This document shows positions 1 to 10,978 of a DNA stretch of 32,881 bases, piece after piece. The stretch is from assembly GCF_001194135.2 (NCBI RefSeq), contig NC_068983.1, positions 135,887,901-135,920,781 of the forward strand, in the 5' to 3' direction. Each line of letters opens with the position of its first letter. Positions within the stretch are counted from its first letter, which is position 1. Origin of the DNA: Octopus bimaculoides. Lineage: Eukaryota. The notes under the pieces are model-generated. The model was given only the letters and a program-made list of their open reading frames with translations, had not been told where the DNA came from and made no database searches. The position numbers and the translations under genes are program-made.

Positions 1-234
1 TTTCAAGCGTGGCCGTTGCCAGTATCGCCTGACTGGCCTTCGTGCAGGTGACACGTAAAAGCACCTACTACACTCTCTGAGTGGGTGACGTTAGGAAGGG
101 CATCCAGCTGTAGAAACTCTTCCAAATTTAGATTGGAGCCTGGTGTTGCCATCCGGTTTCACCAGTCCTCAGTCAAATCGTCCAACCCATGCTAGCATGG
201 AAAGCGGACTTTAAACGATGATGATGATGATGAT
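1..234 (+). mobile_element. RTE-type LINE 3' UTR/tail ending in (GAT)n
   Basis: Same tail sequence (AGGAAGGGCATCCAGCTGTAGAAA...CCAACCCATGCTAGCATGGAAAG...(GAT)n) follows the RTE ORF2 end at 5120-5790. Confidence 0.8.
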
Positions 235-239
235 ATATA

Positions 240-420
240 TCATTTAGCATCCGTTTTCCATGATGGCATGGGATAGATGGTTTGAATGGGACTGGTAAGC
301 TAGAGAGCTGTACCAGGTTCCAGTCTGATTTGGCTTGGTTTCTACAGTTGGATGCCCTTCCTAATACCAACCATTCCAAGAGTGCCTTTTATGTGTCACT
401 GGCACTGGCCACGACTACAA
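240..420 (-). mobile_element. RTE-type LINE tail, opposite orientation to 1-234
   Basis: Reverse complement of the same tail motif. Confidence 0.75.
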
Positions 421-439
421 TGTGTGTGTGTGTGTCTAG

Positions 440-626
440 AGATCACATAATGGTTGTAAATGAGCATCATCATTTCCAGTCTTCCATGAAAAAGACTGGC
501 CATGGGGAAATATTACCTTGCTTGGAAACAATTGAAGATGGGTAACAGGAAGAGCAACTGATTGTAGAAAATCAATCTCAACAAATTCCATCAGACCCAT
601 GCAAGCATGGAAAAGTGAATGTTAAA

Positions 627-630
<4 letters not shown>
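440..630 (+). mobile_element. SINE 3' portion with RTE-like tail
   Basis: GGAAATATTACCTTGCTTGGAAAC...GACCCATGCAAGCATGGAAAAGTG recurs at about 2285-2490 and 28960-29135. Confidence 0.65.
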
Positions 631-636
<6 letters not shown>

Positions 637-698
<62 letters not shown>

Positions 699-712
699 TA
701 CATACATACACA
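637..712. repeat. (TA)n(CA)n compound microsatellite
   Basis: Directly visible dinucleotide runs. Confidence 0.95.
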
Positions 713-907
713 TGTATGTGTATATGATCATTGTTTGAAATGAAAGTATTGTATGATGTCTTTCATTAATGAGCTATACCAATTCAAAAGCTTCCATGAG
801 TATGGTTTTATCAGACTAACAGATACTAAAATGGAAAAAGTTTTAAAGTACTTTCATGACACAATTTGATTTACAGACAATCTAAAATATACATCTCCCT
901 GTAAAAG

Positions 908-956
908 TTATAAAAAATAAAGAAAATGATGAAAGAACAAGAATTCTGCAGTCATG
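908..956 (+). CDS. Possible upstream exon of unidentified plus-strand gene (..IKNKENDERTRILQS(W))
   Basis: Donor TG|GTACGT at 957 is phase-compatible with the exon at 1184. The only in-frame acceptor after the TAA at 883 is a weak one at 906-907, so the start is uncertain. Confidence 0.35.
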
Positions 957-1183
957 GTACGTAAAGATTTTACCAGCAAGTCTTATATTGTCAATGCTAA
1001 TGCTGTAGAAGTTTTCAAAAATTACCATCATTTGGCTGTCTGACTAACACTGCTCATTCATTACTTAGGATTAAATGGTGTCCCAACGTCTGCAAATTAG
1101 ATTTAAATTTTATGTGTAAAATTGTTGTGAGGTAAATTGTTGGAGCTAACTTGACTTTGAAATGAAATGAGCATTAGATTCAG

Positions 1184-1297
1184 GAATCTAAGACTGCAGG
1201 TTGAGATGTCACAAAGTGTACAAATCCCACAACAAATGCAAAAATTCCAAAGGACCATTGAACAAAAACAAAGAACTCTGGCAGAGTTATTAAATAG
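1184..1297 (+). CDS. Penultimate exon of unidentified gene: NLRLQVEMSQSVQIPQQMQKFQRTIEQKQRTLAELLN(R)
   Basis: CAG acceptor at 1181-1183 (weak tract), AG|GTAGCA donor at 1298; 114 nt, phase 2 to 2; open frame with helical/coiled-coil-like composition; joins in frame to 1424. Confidence 0.6.
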
Positions 1298-1423
1298 GTA
1301 GCAGCAAGAAACAAATTAAAATTTCAGTATATTGATTTCTTTAAATGGAAGATCAATTGTTTTTAAGAGAGAAGGTATAGTTGATTATTTTACTCCTGTA
1401 TATTATCTTTTCCTGTTTTACAG

Positions 1424-1511
1424 ACATCTCGAACAAGTTGAAGAGAAGTTTGGTACCAGCAGAAGATTGGAACAGAGGCTGGCTACTATTTCTTTAACAC
1501 GAAGCCTTTAG
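1424..1511 (+). CDS. Terminal coding exon of unidentified gene: HLEQVEEKFGTSRRLEQRLATISLTRSL*
   Basis: Strong acceptor TATCTTTTCCTGTTTTACAG; phase 2 matches the previous exon; TAG stop at 1509-1511. Confidence 0.62.
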
Positions 1512-1554
1512 AAATTCTGATATAACTTCTTATGGACGTGATGTGGTCATGGCC

Positions 1555-1705
1555 AATATGGTGAAGAAGTTAACGTCATACACATGTGGTCAGGTTCAGT
1601 TCCACTGCATGGCACCTTAGGCAAGTGTCTTCTAATATAGTCCCAAGCCAACCAGTCTTGTGAGTGGATTTAATAGAGGGAAACTGAAAGAAGCCCATTA
1701 TTATA
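1555..1705 (+). mobile_element. CORE-like SINE head/body
   Basis: GGCACCTTaGGCAAGTGTCTTCT...GAAACTGAAAGAAGCCC motif, recurring in at least seven other places; resembles the MIR CORE (ACCTTGGGCAAGT). Confidence 0.7.
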
Positions 1706-1882
1706 TATCATTTAATCTACACTGTATAAAGATAAGAGCTACTAATAGTTTCTTGCTGTGAAGGCATGTGGCTAAGCAGGTTTTTATAACAAGCCTTGTT
1801 TCCAAGCAATCCTCAGGCTCATGAGGTTTATCTCTCACTGGATAGAGTATTTTTTTTTTTTGTTGATCTTACCTTAACGGAT

Positions 1883-2215
1883 CATCATCATCGTTTAACA
1901 TCCGTTTTCCATGCTGGCATGGGTTGGACAGTTTGACTGAGGTCTGGCAAGCCAGCAGCTACACCAGGCTCCAATCTGATCTGGCAATGTTTTTACAGCT
2001 GGATGCCCTTCCTAACATCAACCACTCAGATTGTAGTGGGTGCTTTTTACATGCTACCGACACAGGAGCCAGTTAGGTGGGCCTGGCATTGATCACGTTT
2101 GGATAGTGCTTTTTACGTACCACCTGCATGGGAGCCAGTAAGGGGGTACTGGCATCAGCCATGTTCGGATGGTGTTTTTTACATGCCACCGGCACGGGAC
2201 CTTCTCAGGTGGTCC
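1883..2215 (-). mobile_element. RTE-type LINE 3' UTR/tail
   Basis: (CAT)n then CGTTTAACATCCGTTTTCCATGCTGGCATGGGTTGGAC, the reverse complement of the tail. Confidence 0.8.
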
Positions 2216-2218
2216 TGG

Positions 2219-2277
2219 TATATATATATGTGTGTGTGTGTGTGTGCGCGTGTGTGTGTGCGTGTGTGCGTGCGCGC
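2219..2277. repeat. (TA)n(TG)n microsatellite
   Basis: Directly visible. Confidence 0.9.
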
Positions 2278-2284
2278 CTCTGTA

Positions 2285-2490
2285 TTGAGATAACATGATA
2301 TTTGTGAATTCCATTATCATATAAATGGTGCCATTTGTTTCTAATCTTCTATGGAAACATGTCCAATTATGGGGAAATATTACTTAGTTTGGGAATAAGA
2401 GAGGGCTGATGACAAGAAGGACATCTGGCCATAGATTCCATCTGACCCATGCAAGTTTGGAAAAGTGTACATTAAAATGATAAGGATGAG
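2285..2490 (+). mobile_element. SINE 3' portion with RTE-like tail
   Basis: Similar to 440-630. Confidence 0.6.
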
Positions 2491-3417
2491 GATGCATGGC
2501 TGCAAATTCATACAAGAGTATATTATAATTTAAGTTGCTCGCCAAAATTTCACCGAACAATATCATATTAAATAAAACAAGTGAAGTGAAATGTTTGAAA
2601 CTAAATTATATATCCAGCTTCAAGAAGCTATTAAAACCTGTTCAAGCTACCTTTGAAAAAACTTAAAAACAAATTTATTAAAGCAACTATGGTTTCTACT
2701 ATGTGACTGCTAGGTCTAAGGAGTGGGTAGGGATAAAATTTTACTCAAAATGTAAATTTAAAATCAGTTGAATTATGAATCAAAAACTTAAAATAATTAC
2801 AACAACAAATTATTTGAATGGAGAAAACAATGAGGTTTTAATTACAACAAACTGGGAAGGAGAAAAGGGAGAGAGCAGATAAAAGTTAACGGTGTTTTTA
2901 ATTAAAACATTTCATTGAAACACTCATACTAATGCTATCATTAGGCCCAAGAGTCCAATGAAAAAGTTTCATCCATTTTTTTAAGTTTTGGGGAAGGTGG
3001 GGGGGGGGTCCAGGGATGAAAAGGCACTTTATGATAAGACTAAAGTATTTCAATGGGTTTATCATATCAGAAAAGAAAAAAGAAAATTAAAAACAATATT
3101 TAAAATCATGAGCATCTCTCTAGTCAGAGAATGAAAAAACAAATTCACTATTTTATTTGAATGAAAAAGTAGGTGGGGGCAGGGGAATAAGGAGAAGGGG
3201 AAAGAGAGCAAGCAGTATGATATTGTTATTTGTTTGAATTTATTTTATGTAGTAATTTGTGAACAATAGTCTCATTGATTAACAAGTTTCTAATGGGCCA
3301 ATCACTGTTCATTGCATTTCTGATAATGAGTGACAAGAGAGTGTCTAACTTGATGCAGAACAAATATCTCAAGGGACATTGTTCATAAAGCACTGGTTTT
3401 ACAGATTTCTCGCCTAT

Positions 3418-3418
3418 G

Positions 3419-3466
<48 letters not shown>

Positions 3467-3475
3467 CACATACAT

Positions 3476-3512
<37 letters not shown>

Positions 3513-3712
3513 TATATCTATACAAACTGATGGGAGAGAGACACACAAACACACACATGCCCAACATACATACATACACAAATATTCATATACACATACA
3601 CATATTTGGTCAACCTGAGCTATGGTAGATGACACTTGCCCAAGGTGTTGCATAGTCGGATTGAACCCAAAGCTATGTGGTTTGCAAAGCAAACTTCTTA
3701 ACCACATAGCCA
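3418..3712 (-). mobile_element. CORE-like SINE with internal (TA)n/(CATA)n/(CA)n microsatellite
   Basis: GACACTTGCCCAAGGTG (reverse complement of the CORE motif) at about 3630; microsatellite at 3418-3511. Confidence 0.7.
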
Positions 3713-4222
3713 TGCATATCTACATCATGTTAATGTTTGATGAAAGTAATTCACAACATATCAAAATCTTGCATTGCGTTTAAATGCAAATATCCAGTTT
3801 GTGAAATATATAAATGAATTTTACATAATGAATGTTTAGTAAAGAGAGGTGGAGTAACTTTAGTTAAAATTATTATAGAAGAATGGGAAAAGATATTTAC
3901 ATTAGATCTCCAGTCAAAAGATTTGAAAAGACAAGCAGATAAGAAGATACTTCAATTTCACTATTTGGAGAGGGAGGAGGGTCAGTAGATTTTAACACAA
4001 ATATGCCTGAGTAAGAGTTTATGCAATGGTAAAATTGTCTAAGAGGCAAGTCTAGAGGATTAAAAAAAAACAAAGTAAGACTGTGGTTGAGATTAGTTGA
4101 GAAAATAGTCATGTCATATATATACCATTGTTGTCTCATTAATCTGAATTTGTTTTCACTGATAAACTATTTTCCATAATTCACAAGAGCTGGTCACTTA
4201 ACTGCTAAACTACTTTTGAAAC

Positions 4223-4274
<52 letters not shown>

Positions 4275-4843
4275 CCCATGAATTGGGACCAATTAAATAC
4301 CCACTTTTTTTTTTTTTTGGTTTTTCATTATTTCATTCCTAGCCATAGTTTTTTTGCTCATCTTTTACACTACAAATAATTTTGAACTTCACTGAATTTT
4401 CAAAAATAAATAAAATCCTATGTAAAATTATACTCATAAAAAATGATTATATAAATGTTAACAATGAGTACCAGCAATGTATATACTAAAATATCTGTTA
4501 TTAGCTAGGAGTAATGGCCTAAAGAACTGATAAACTAAGACCATTTCATAAGCCAGAATGGGAAAATATCACTTGAGTAAACCAAAATCTGATGCTTTTG
4601 TTTTCTACTGATAGACTTAAAAGTATTTTTTTATACATTAGAAAAAGGTAAACTTTTAATTAAATTTTTCAATTGACAAATTACCGTTATTGTATAGGAT
4701 AACTGTCAAAAAACAGACAACTATACAAATGTATACTTAATGATTGCATTAGGCAAAACAAAGTTCGAGTTTCTTTGGTGATTTTGTCAGTCACAGTGAA
4801 ATCAGTTTAAATATTAAGTATACACTTATACCTAAATGTTTTC

Positions 4844-4885
<42 letters not shown>

Positions 4886-4950
4886 TTGTTTCCATATATA
4901 CATGCGCACACACACACAAAGCAAGTCTATGTACATATGCACACGCGTTC

Positions 4951-5028
4951 TTAGATTGGCTTGTACAGCAATGTAGTCACATACTTCTTACGAAACCGGT
5001 GGGTAGTGCTAAGAACCATTACACCATC
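4951..5028 (-). CDS. PRKAB1: AMPK beta last coding exon: DGVMVLSTTHRFRKKYVTTLLYKPI*
   Basis: TTCTATTTTCAG acceptor; TAA stop at 4953-4951; KKYVTTLLYKPI C-terminus typical of AMPK beta. Confidence 0.97.
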   Translation of the reverse strand, partial: DGVMVLSTTHRFRKKYVTTLLYKPI

Positions 5029-5119
5029 CTGAAAATAGAAACAGAAAACCAGATGAGAAGTTAATATATTCAATATAAAATAAAATTTATATAAATGTGC
5101 CTAGATAACAATTATTTGA

Positions 5120-5790
5120 ATGTACAAATGGATGAGAAGAGATGTGTGAAGTGCCACTCCCAAACAGTTGAAGGAATCCAGGGTAGAGGTAGACCCAGGA
5201 AGACATGGGATGAGGTGGTCAAGCATGACCTTCAAACATTGGGCCTCACAGAGGCAATGACGAAGGACCGAGACCTCTGGAGATATGGTGCGAATGCGAA
5301 AACCTGGCAAATAAAGTGAGTTCATAGCTGTATCCCACACCAGTTTTGCATAACCAGCCCCAGCCCATTCAAAAGTACCTTAGATCCTAGGGCAACCTGC
5401 TGTGCTTGAGACCTATTGAGTCAAGTACATCAACATCAAAATTAAAATCAAATGGAAATTGTAGTTGTGATACCCATGCCAGTGGCATGTAAAAAGCACC
5501 ATCTGAACGTGGCCGATGCCAGCCCCACCTTCACTGGCTTCCATGCCGGTGGCACATAAAAAGCACCAACCAATTGTGGCCATTGCCAGCCTCCTCTGGC
5601 CCCTGTGCTGGTGACATGTAAAAAGCACCCACTACACTCATGGAGTGGTTGGCGCTAGGAAGGGCATCCAGCTGTAGAAACACTGCCAGTTCAGACTGGA
5701 GCTTGGTGCAGCCTCCTGATTGCCCAGACCCCAGTTGAACTGTCCAACCCATGCTAGCGGTTGTTAAAATGGACGTTAAACGATGATGAT
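5120..5790 (+). mobile_element. 5'-truncated RTE LINE (ORF2 C-terminus + 3' UTR)
   Basis: MDEKRCVKCHSQTVEGIQGRGRPRKTWDEVVKHDL..GLTEAMTKDRDLWR is a typical RTE ORF2 C-terminus; ends in (GAT)n at about 5782-5790. Confidence 0.88.
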
Positions 5791-6441
5791 TATAATTAAA
5801 TTGATCTGATCAGCAAGATTTTCAACTTGAAAGTTTTTACCAGAACTAAAAAACCCCTTTTCTTCCTGATTTCAAGGGCTTCTTAAATTGAAATTGGTTA
5901 CTTAACATGTGCTACACAGGAAAAGTTTACAAGTGCTCAACTTCCAGGAATTAGAATTGCTTTACAACTAACAACTCTGACAAGTTATTTGTTAATTTAA
6001 ATTCCTTATACTTTTCAAATAGGTGCAAATATGGCAGAGTTCTTCTGCTTAAAAATTTTCAGAGTCATATGAAAATAGGAATTATTTCTATGACATTTTG
6101 GTTCTCACCATACTATACGTATTGCAAAAGAAATACACTTACATTGGTCATGTATCAATCTTTTTACACATCCCAAATAGGTACTACAATAAACATGATG
6201 GGTTCACTTCTTACCTTTGGCCACTTCTCTTGCAAACAAAATAAAGTTGTTTTTTTATTCTACTCATAAACCTGAATTCATTCTAAGTAGATAAAATCTT
6301 TAGCAGTGTCACAGCCTCACACAGACATGGAAGTTTCAAAAACAAGTAGCATAATTATGCTGAGGTTCTGAACTGTTACTTAAAAAGTTAATGTTGCAAA
6401 TTAATTAAAACAAAAGGATGAAAATGCTTTTAAAATTTTAC

Positions 6442-6510
6442 CTTAATTGATAAGGCGTACAAATGATTTAGCATAACATGGTTGGGCTCAGGTAAAAGTA
6501 TTGGTTCACA
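6442..6510 (-). CDS. PRKAB1: AMPK beta exon: CEPILLPEPNHVMLNHLYALSIK
   Basis: TTCTTTACAG acceptor, AAG|GTAAAA donor; 69 nt, phase 0 to 0; LPEPNHVMLNHLYALSIK is the hallmark beta-subunit motif. Confidence 0.97.
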
Positions 6511-6729
6511 CTGTAAAGAAAAGAAAGGAAAATACAATAATGTCAAATAAACTAACTGATATTAATTTATTTGTTGCTGACAGCACTCAAGATAACAGGG
6601 TTTTGGAACATCGAATAAATGGTCAGCAGTCCCATAAAGATATTTGCATTATAAAAAGGTATGAAACTATTACTAAACATATTGTATATAATGGATACTA
6701 TATATTGTAAATACATCATTGATTGTAAA

Positions 6730-7725
6730 TAACCCCTGCTAGCAACAAAGGGCTTCTCTCTCTCAGATTGAAAGGCAGATTGTTTGATGCCTGTGTGCGA
6801 ACAGCTATGCTGCATGGCAGTGAAACATGGGTTATGACAGTCGAAGACATGCATAGGCTTGAAAGAAATGACGCCAGTATGATTCACGGGATGTGCAATG
6901 TCAGTGTGAATGTTTGACAAAGTGTGAGCGTCTTGAGAGAAAAGCTAAGCATAAGAGGAATCAGATGTGGTGTGCAAAAGAGATGACTGCACTGGTATGG
7001 TCATGTGATGCATATGGATGAGGACAGCTGTGTAAAGAAGTGCCAATCTCTAACTGTGGAGGGAACCTGTGGTAGAGGTAGACTCAGGAAGACATGGGAT
7101 GAGGTGGTGAAGCATGATCTTCAAATTTTGAACCTCACAGAGGCAATGATTGATGACCAAGAACTTTGGCGATGTGCTGTGCATGAGAAGACCCATCAAG
7201 CCAAGTTCACCCATGCTGGTGGCACATAAAGAATATCTTTTGAATGTTGGGCTTCACAGAGTCAAAGTGGCTGAGTTCCTCTCGAGCATTTGGCCTCACA
7301 GAGGCAAAGTGGCTGAGTTCCTCTCGAGCATTGGGCCTCACAGAGGCGAAGTGGCTGAGTTCCTCTCAAGCATTCAGCCTCACAGAGGCAAAGTGGCCGA
7401 GTTCCTTTTGAGGGTTGGACCTCACAGAGGCAAGGTGGTTGAGTTCCTTTCGAGAATTTGGCTTCACAGAGGCAAAGTGGCTGAGTTCCTTTCGAGTGTT
7501 GGGCCTCACAGAGGTAATGATCAAGATCTTTGGCATTACGTCGTGCTTGAGAAGAAGACCCCTGAAGCTGAACAAAATCGCAGTCATGGTATATACAATG
7601 GCATCCAGCCATAGAAAACCATGCCAAATCAGACTGGAGTTTGGTGCAGCTTTCCAATGTGCCAGCCCAGTCAAACTGTCCAACTCATGCCAGCATGGAC
7701 ATTGGACGCCAAATGAGAATGATGA
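6730..7725 (+). mobile_element. 5'-truncated RTE LINE with internal tandem expansion
   Basis: PLLATKGFSLRLKGRLFDACVRTAMLHGSETW...GRGRLRKTWDEVVKHDL, then the tail ending near 7725. Confidence 0.9.
7247..7514 (+). repeat. 42-bp tandem array, about 6.4 copies
   Basis: Unit TTGGGCCTCACAGAGGCAAAGTGGCTGAGTTCCTCTCGAGCA; seen as the 14-aa repeat GPHRGKVAEFLSSI in ORF 7150..7614. Confidence 0.92.
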
Positions 7726-9288
7726 CGATGCATACCTTCTATTTGTTTGCATGTGATTCTGCATGCTTAAGGTGATTGTTAGTTCCATAGGCAACTTGGC
7801 TTGTCTATTGATAGAAATTTCAGAATATGAAGGATCCCAAGTGAATATAATAATATTTATTAAACTGCATGACAAGCCAGTTCATATCCTACCATCAGTC
7901 CTACAATGTGGCCATAGTTACAAGGCCTTCATTGAATTCAAATCAGGTTGTTTGTAATAAGTTGAACAGAGACTACTAGTTTGATTTTTTCCCAAATACA
8001 CCATATAAAGAAAATTACACATCAGGTGATGGCAACCTGGCATTCAAAATAAAGACTACACACCAAAAACATTTCAAATCTGAAGTTTTTGGTTGCAATG
8101 TACTTCAAAATAGCAGGACATGCAGCGTCTTTCTAATAATGTACCTCATGGCAAAAATTAACCTGATAAAATATAAGCTAAGCATGGTATACAAATTTCA
8201 GAATCTCTTCTTCAGAACCAATTGACCAGGGAAAATGTATATATTGCAACCATTTCTGTAAACCTCTAGAGTAGCAAATGCCAAGTCCTTTTTAGTGGTC
8301 TCACTCATGTTCAATTTTACATTTTTTTTTTCCAAGCTGACACAAAACTGGGATACACAAAAATTATAGAAGTGATATTCTACAGTCAGATGACTTTTCT
8401 GATCATGGCCCTTAATCATTTTCATGTAAAGTACTTTATTCCACAACATCATATGAACTGATGAACTGCCAGACCTTTTTCGTTTGTAAGAGACATATTA
8501 AAACTACCAGCTGGGTAGTGTCAATGTAAAGACACAGAGTGACAAACATACATACATACATATATATAGTAAATTGTACTATGGGTAGATTTTTGTATAT
8601 TGCTGTAGTAGAAACTGTAAAATTATTTATTAAATTTATTGCTTTGTTAAACAAAACAAATCTGTTATGATATAGTCAACTATCATACCTCATTTTGTTT
8701 CTATTATATTTACTTGTCAATGGAAACCAACACTAGTTTCCATCAATTCTAATGATTATACTTTGCATATCAAATGTCTTTCACCAAATTATCCTTTTCT
8801 TCAATCAGCAAAAACAGTTTTCTCCAAGACAACTATAGCATTTAATAGAAGCTTTTAACCTGACAGCATTTAATGTCATACAAATTCAAACATTAATATC
8901 TCAAAGAGTAGCTCTGCCTTGATACAGATAATACTACTCCAGCAATAACCATGTAACTCCATAATATTACTCCATTAATGACCACCTCTACAAACCCTAA
9001 ATATACCTTATTTTTGAATCATCAACTTGATAAAGAAAACTTTTGTTAAACATTTTCCATGCTAGATCCTCAGTTGCTCTTTCTCTTCGCCTTTTCTATG
9101 CTACGGTCAAGGAGCCTACAACTGAAAACTTATCTGAAATCAACAACCTCAAATCCAAATGCTTCATGCTCCTTGCTGTCTTTATTGGTTAATATCCCTA
9201 AATCAATAATTGATAAAAGCAATTCTAATGAGAGTTCATCACTTTCAGTCTTTTGAAACAACTCAAAGAAATAAACAGTGTTACTTAC

Positions 9289-9422
9289 ATGGGCAGGAGT
9301 ATCTTTATTCAGAATTACTTGCAGTAAATGAGGAGGAATGAAAGGTGGACCAGCTATTTTATCTGACCGCCGTGGAGGTATTTCTTGACCATAATCACCT
9401 GATGGGGAACCAGCAACATCAT
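9289..9422 (-). CDS. PRKAB1: AMPK beta exon: DVAGSPSGDYGQEIPPRRSDKIAGPPFIPPHLLQVILNKDTPAH
   Basis: AAATCAG acceptor at 9424-9423, CAT|GTAAGT donor; 134 nt, phase 1 to 0; PPxxPPHLLQVILNKDT motif. Confidence 0.95.
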
Positions 9423-10234
9423 CTGATTTAGACAGCAAAAAATTTAGGTAAATTCTAAAGTAACAAATTTTATCAGTAAAATATGAAAAGCATCATCATT
9501 CCATTTAAGTTCTAAAAACACCATCAGTTTAATGTTTCATCCTTGAATTCAAGGTTTGTCTTTCCCCCATGCTTCATTTCAACTAATTTTAGATGTGCTT
9601 TTCTCTTATATAAACCCTAAATAGATAAGTCTAGAAAAGTACATTAAAATAAATTATATTATCCAACTAAAATTTACAAAATGAGGCCAAACCATAGCAA
9701 GTAAAAGTTGGCTTAGACCTCGAATGTTTAGCAACAGCTTTCACTGTAGGCTGCTGTATAAAATGTTAGCAGTTTTTAATGTCACTGACAATTAAAATAG
9801 ATTTCATTAATAAAGGTGAAAATTAAAAAAAATTACCATTGCCTAGAACACTAAGCCTTAAAAATAAGATGACAGAAAATCAAGATCAGAGAAATGGAGA
9901 GAGGCTACATTGCAGGTCGAAACAAACTATAACAAAGGAAAATATATACAATTGTTATTCCATAATGTAAAAGAAGGAAAGCAACCTGCCCAAGCTCTGG
10001 ATGTATTATTTCTCTTTCTTAACACATGTTGAGTCCAATTATTGAAGCAAGGACTCTAGAGCAAGATGTCCAGCATACATTCTTATTGAGAAGCTAAGTC
10101 CTCTATTGGACAGTTTGTATTCCAGGTAAAAAACAAGATAATCGAACAACCTAATAATTAGGAAATTTCTAATGACTACTAACTGAACTAAACCAGCAGT
10201 CAACTGCTATAACAAAAACATAGAAGGTACTTAC

Positions 10235-10352
10235 TTTTTCTTTTATTACCAGAATTTTCACTGTCAATTGCCAGGGCTTCAAATACTTCAAAATCACTTT
10301 TGTTAACAACTACCACATTATTCAATGTCCCCATTGAGTTTGGAACTGTCGG
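10235..10352 (-). CDS. PRKAB1: AMPK beta exon, end of CBM: PTVPNSMGTLNNVVVVNKSDFEVFEALAIDSENSGNKRK(N)
   Basis: TTTACTTTCAG acceptor, A|GTAAGT donor; 118 nt, phase 0 to 1; GTxNN and DFEVFxAL motifs. Confidence 0.95.
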
Positions 10353-10604
10353 CTGAAAGTAAAAAAAAGAAAAAATTTGATCAGTTAACGATGGCCAAAA
10401 AATCCTTTTTAGGTAATAAAAAGTTACAAAATATGCACAATAGTTTACCCTTTAAAACTTACCCATCTGATCATATAAAGATAAAATTATGTGCTGATTG
10501 AAGACTATGATTTTTAAACTTACAAAACTAAATCATATTGGTAGATTCAACAAAAAAGCTTTCAACTTCAGTAAAATTTCCTTTAAAATCTATGCTGTGA
10601 ATAT

Positions 10605-10740
10605 GGTTCTATCTATCCTGTGAATGGGGTTCAGAAGTTTGCTTCACAACCACATGGCATATCAAGGATGTGTCTTCTATCATAGCCCCAGGTCAATTAA
10701 AGCCTCCTGATTTGGTACACAGAAACTGAAAGAAACTGGC
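10605..10740 (+). mobile_element. Degraded CORE-like SINE
   Basis: GTTTGCTTCACAACCACATGG...GTGTCTTCTATCATAGCCC...GAAACTGAAAGAA. Confidence 0.55.
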
Positions 10741-10978
10741 CAGATAAGTGTTTTTGTATATGAGAGAAAGTGCATATTTCCTTGTTTATATGTATTTATT
10801 CACTGATTGTAAATAATATCTTTGTTAGTAGTGTCATTTGCTTGCAGTCAGAACACATCCAGGCTTTTAGACATGTGTGATTTTTGTAAGCAAAAGGTTT
10901 ATTCATCAAGTATCCTTTGTTTCTAGTTCTCCATATAAACATCATGTATGTCATTCAGTTGTCTAGAAGATAATTATC

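Noticed and set aside
774-885. Open stretch FKSFHEYGFIRLTDTKMEKVLKYFHDTI upstream of 908
   Set aside because: Ends in a stop, and I could not link it by phase-compatible splice sites to the downstream exons.
3226-3713. ORFs rich in YI/CV/TH repeats
   Set aside because: Translations of dinucleotide microsatellites; the same applies to 2093-2320 and 22916-23212.
6215-6271. Strong AAG|GTAAGA donor with possible 9-57-nt exon in the last intron
   Set aside because: The 57-nt version has an immediate stop, the short versions lack a clear acceptor choice, and about one such donor is expected by chance.
7150-7875. Four overlapping ORFs of 113-169 aa with repeated peptides
   Set aside because: Produced by a 42-bp (multiple-of-3) tandem array inside a LINE; not a host gene and not CRISPR (no unique spacers).
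9130-9288. Continuation of the 102-aa ORF past DTPAH
   Set aside because: Read-through into the intron after a consensus GTAAGT donor; no AMPK similarity.
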